Part shown: positions 40,065-40,197 of the stretch, piece by piece | How positions within the stretch are numbered: position 1 is the stretch's first letter | How the letters are laid out: each line of letters opens with the position of its first letter | IMG/VR virus record: IMGVR_UViG_3300019458_000018 | Location: 1-40,197 of that record | DNA from: a virus | Reading direction: 5' to 3' (one strand) | Length of the DNA: 40,197 nt | Position numbers and translations under genes: made by a program | Notes under the pieces: model-generated | Told to the model about the DNA's origin: nothing | Database searches by the model: none | The model's input: the letters and a program-made list of their open reading frames with translations, nothing else

Positions 40065-40197
40065 GCACGGGACGCCGCATCGACCTCGACTCGACGCTTA
40101 CACCAGCGCGCCGTGGCGAGCTGCGCGCGTTTGCGGGCACGCCGAAAGGGGCCACCGTCGAGTGGGTGCGGGGTCGCGGCCTGACTTTTCAACGCGG
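40061..40197 (+). CDS. N-terminal part of the wrap-around hypothetical ORF (continues at 2..235)
   Basis: ATG 40061 overlaps the fibre stop (ATGA), and the frame stays open to the end of the window. Confidence 0.5.
   Translation, partial: MSTGRRIDLDSTLTPARRGELRAFAGTPKGATVEWVRGRGLTFQR
40075..40197. repeat. Terminal direct repeat, right copy (identical to 1..123)
   Basis: Base-by-base comparison with 1..123. Confidence 0.95.

Noticed and set aside
1-40197. Prophage or integrative element interpretation (search for integrase, att sites, CI/Cro switch)
   Set aside because: I recognised no tyrosine or serine recombinase, excisionase or CI-like repressor in any frame. The identical ends lie within an ORF rather than forming att-like flanks, and no host genes are present in the window.

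Overview
The window is very GC-rich (about 70% by eye) and looks like one complete tailed-phage genome. The first 123 nt (1..123) are identical to the last 123 nt (40075..40197), and an ORF reads straight across that junction, so the unique length is 40,074 bp. All calls come from reading the supplied ORF translations and the DNA by eye. No homology search was run, so family names are motif-level recognitions and need HMM confirmation.

Gene layout:
- A rightward late operon runs from 17044 through the junction to 3180. In order it carries a possible small terminase, a GroES-like co-chaperonin, NeuB/NeuA/NeuC plus a Maf/DUF115-like transferase, the large terminase, portal, scaffold, major capsid, a podovirus-like set of tail and internal virion proteins, a glycine-rich fibre, and then the lysis genes.
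- A leftward early operon (5805 down to 3200) holds five genes joined by 4-nt overlaps and ends in an SPPY DNA methyltransferase.
- A rightward early/middle operon (about 6378..16661) carries a PD-(D/E)XK exonuclease, an ERF annealase, a methyltransferase remnant, a second methyltransferase, a Gp37/Gp68 (DUF5131) protein, a B12-type radical SAM enzyme, an SF2 helicase, a VRR-NUC nuclease, a primase-polymerase and a VirE-like NTPase.
- I recognised no integrase, CI-like repressor, DNA polymerase, RNA polymerase, tRNA or CRISPR array.

Most interesting observations:
1. A complete CMP-nonulosonic (sialic) acid pathway plus a Maf-like transferase is translationally coupled inside the morphogenesis operon.
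2. A class-B radical SAM enzyme and a DUF5131 protein sit with methyltransferases in the replication block, suggesting a nucleic-acid modification cluster.
3. A 28-bp inverted-repeat pair matches the sigma-54 promoter consensus and sits in front of both divergent early operons, with a Fis-type HTH gene between the two copies.
4. Two very strong G-quadruplex/i-motif tracts and a GGGATC/palindrome iteron field occupy the two large intergenic regions.
5. Several perfect in-frame tandem duplications and microsatellites lie inside genes.

Nearly all gene junctions are ATGA, GTGA or TGATG overlaps. Many long ORFs in the six-frame track are GC-driven artefacts and were not called.
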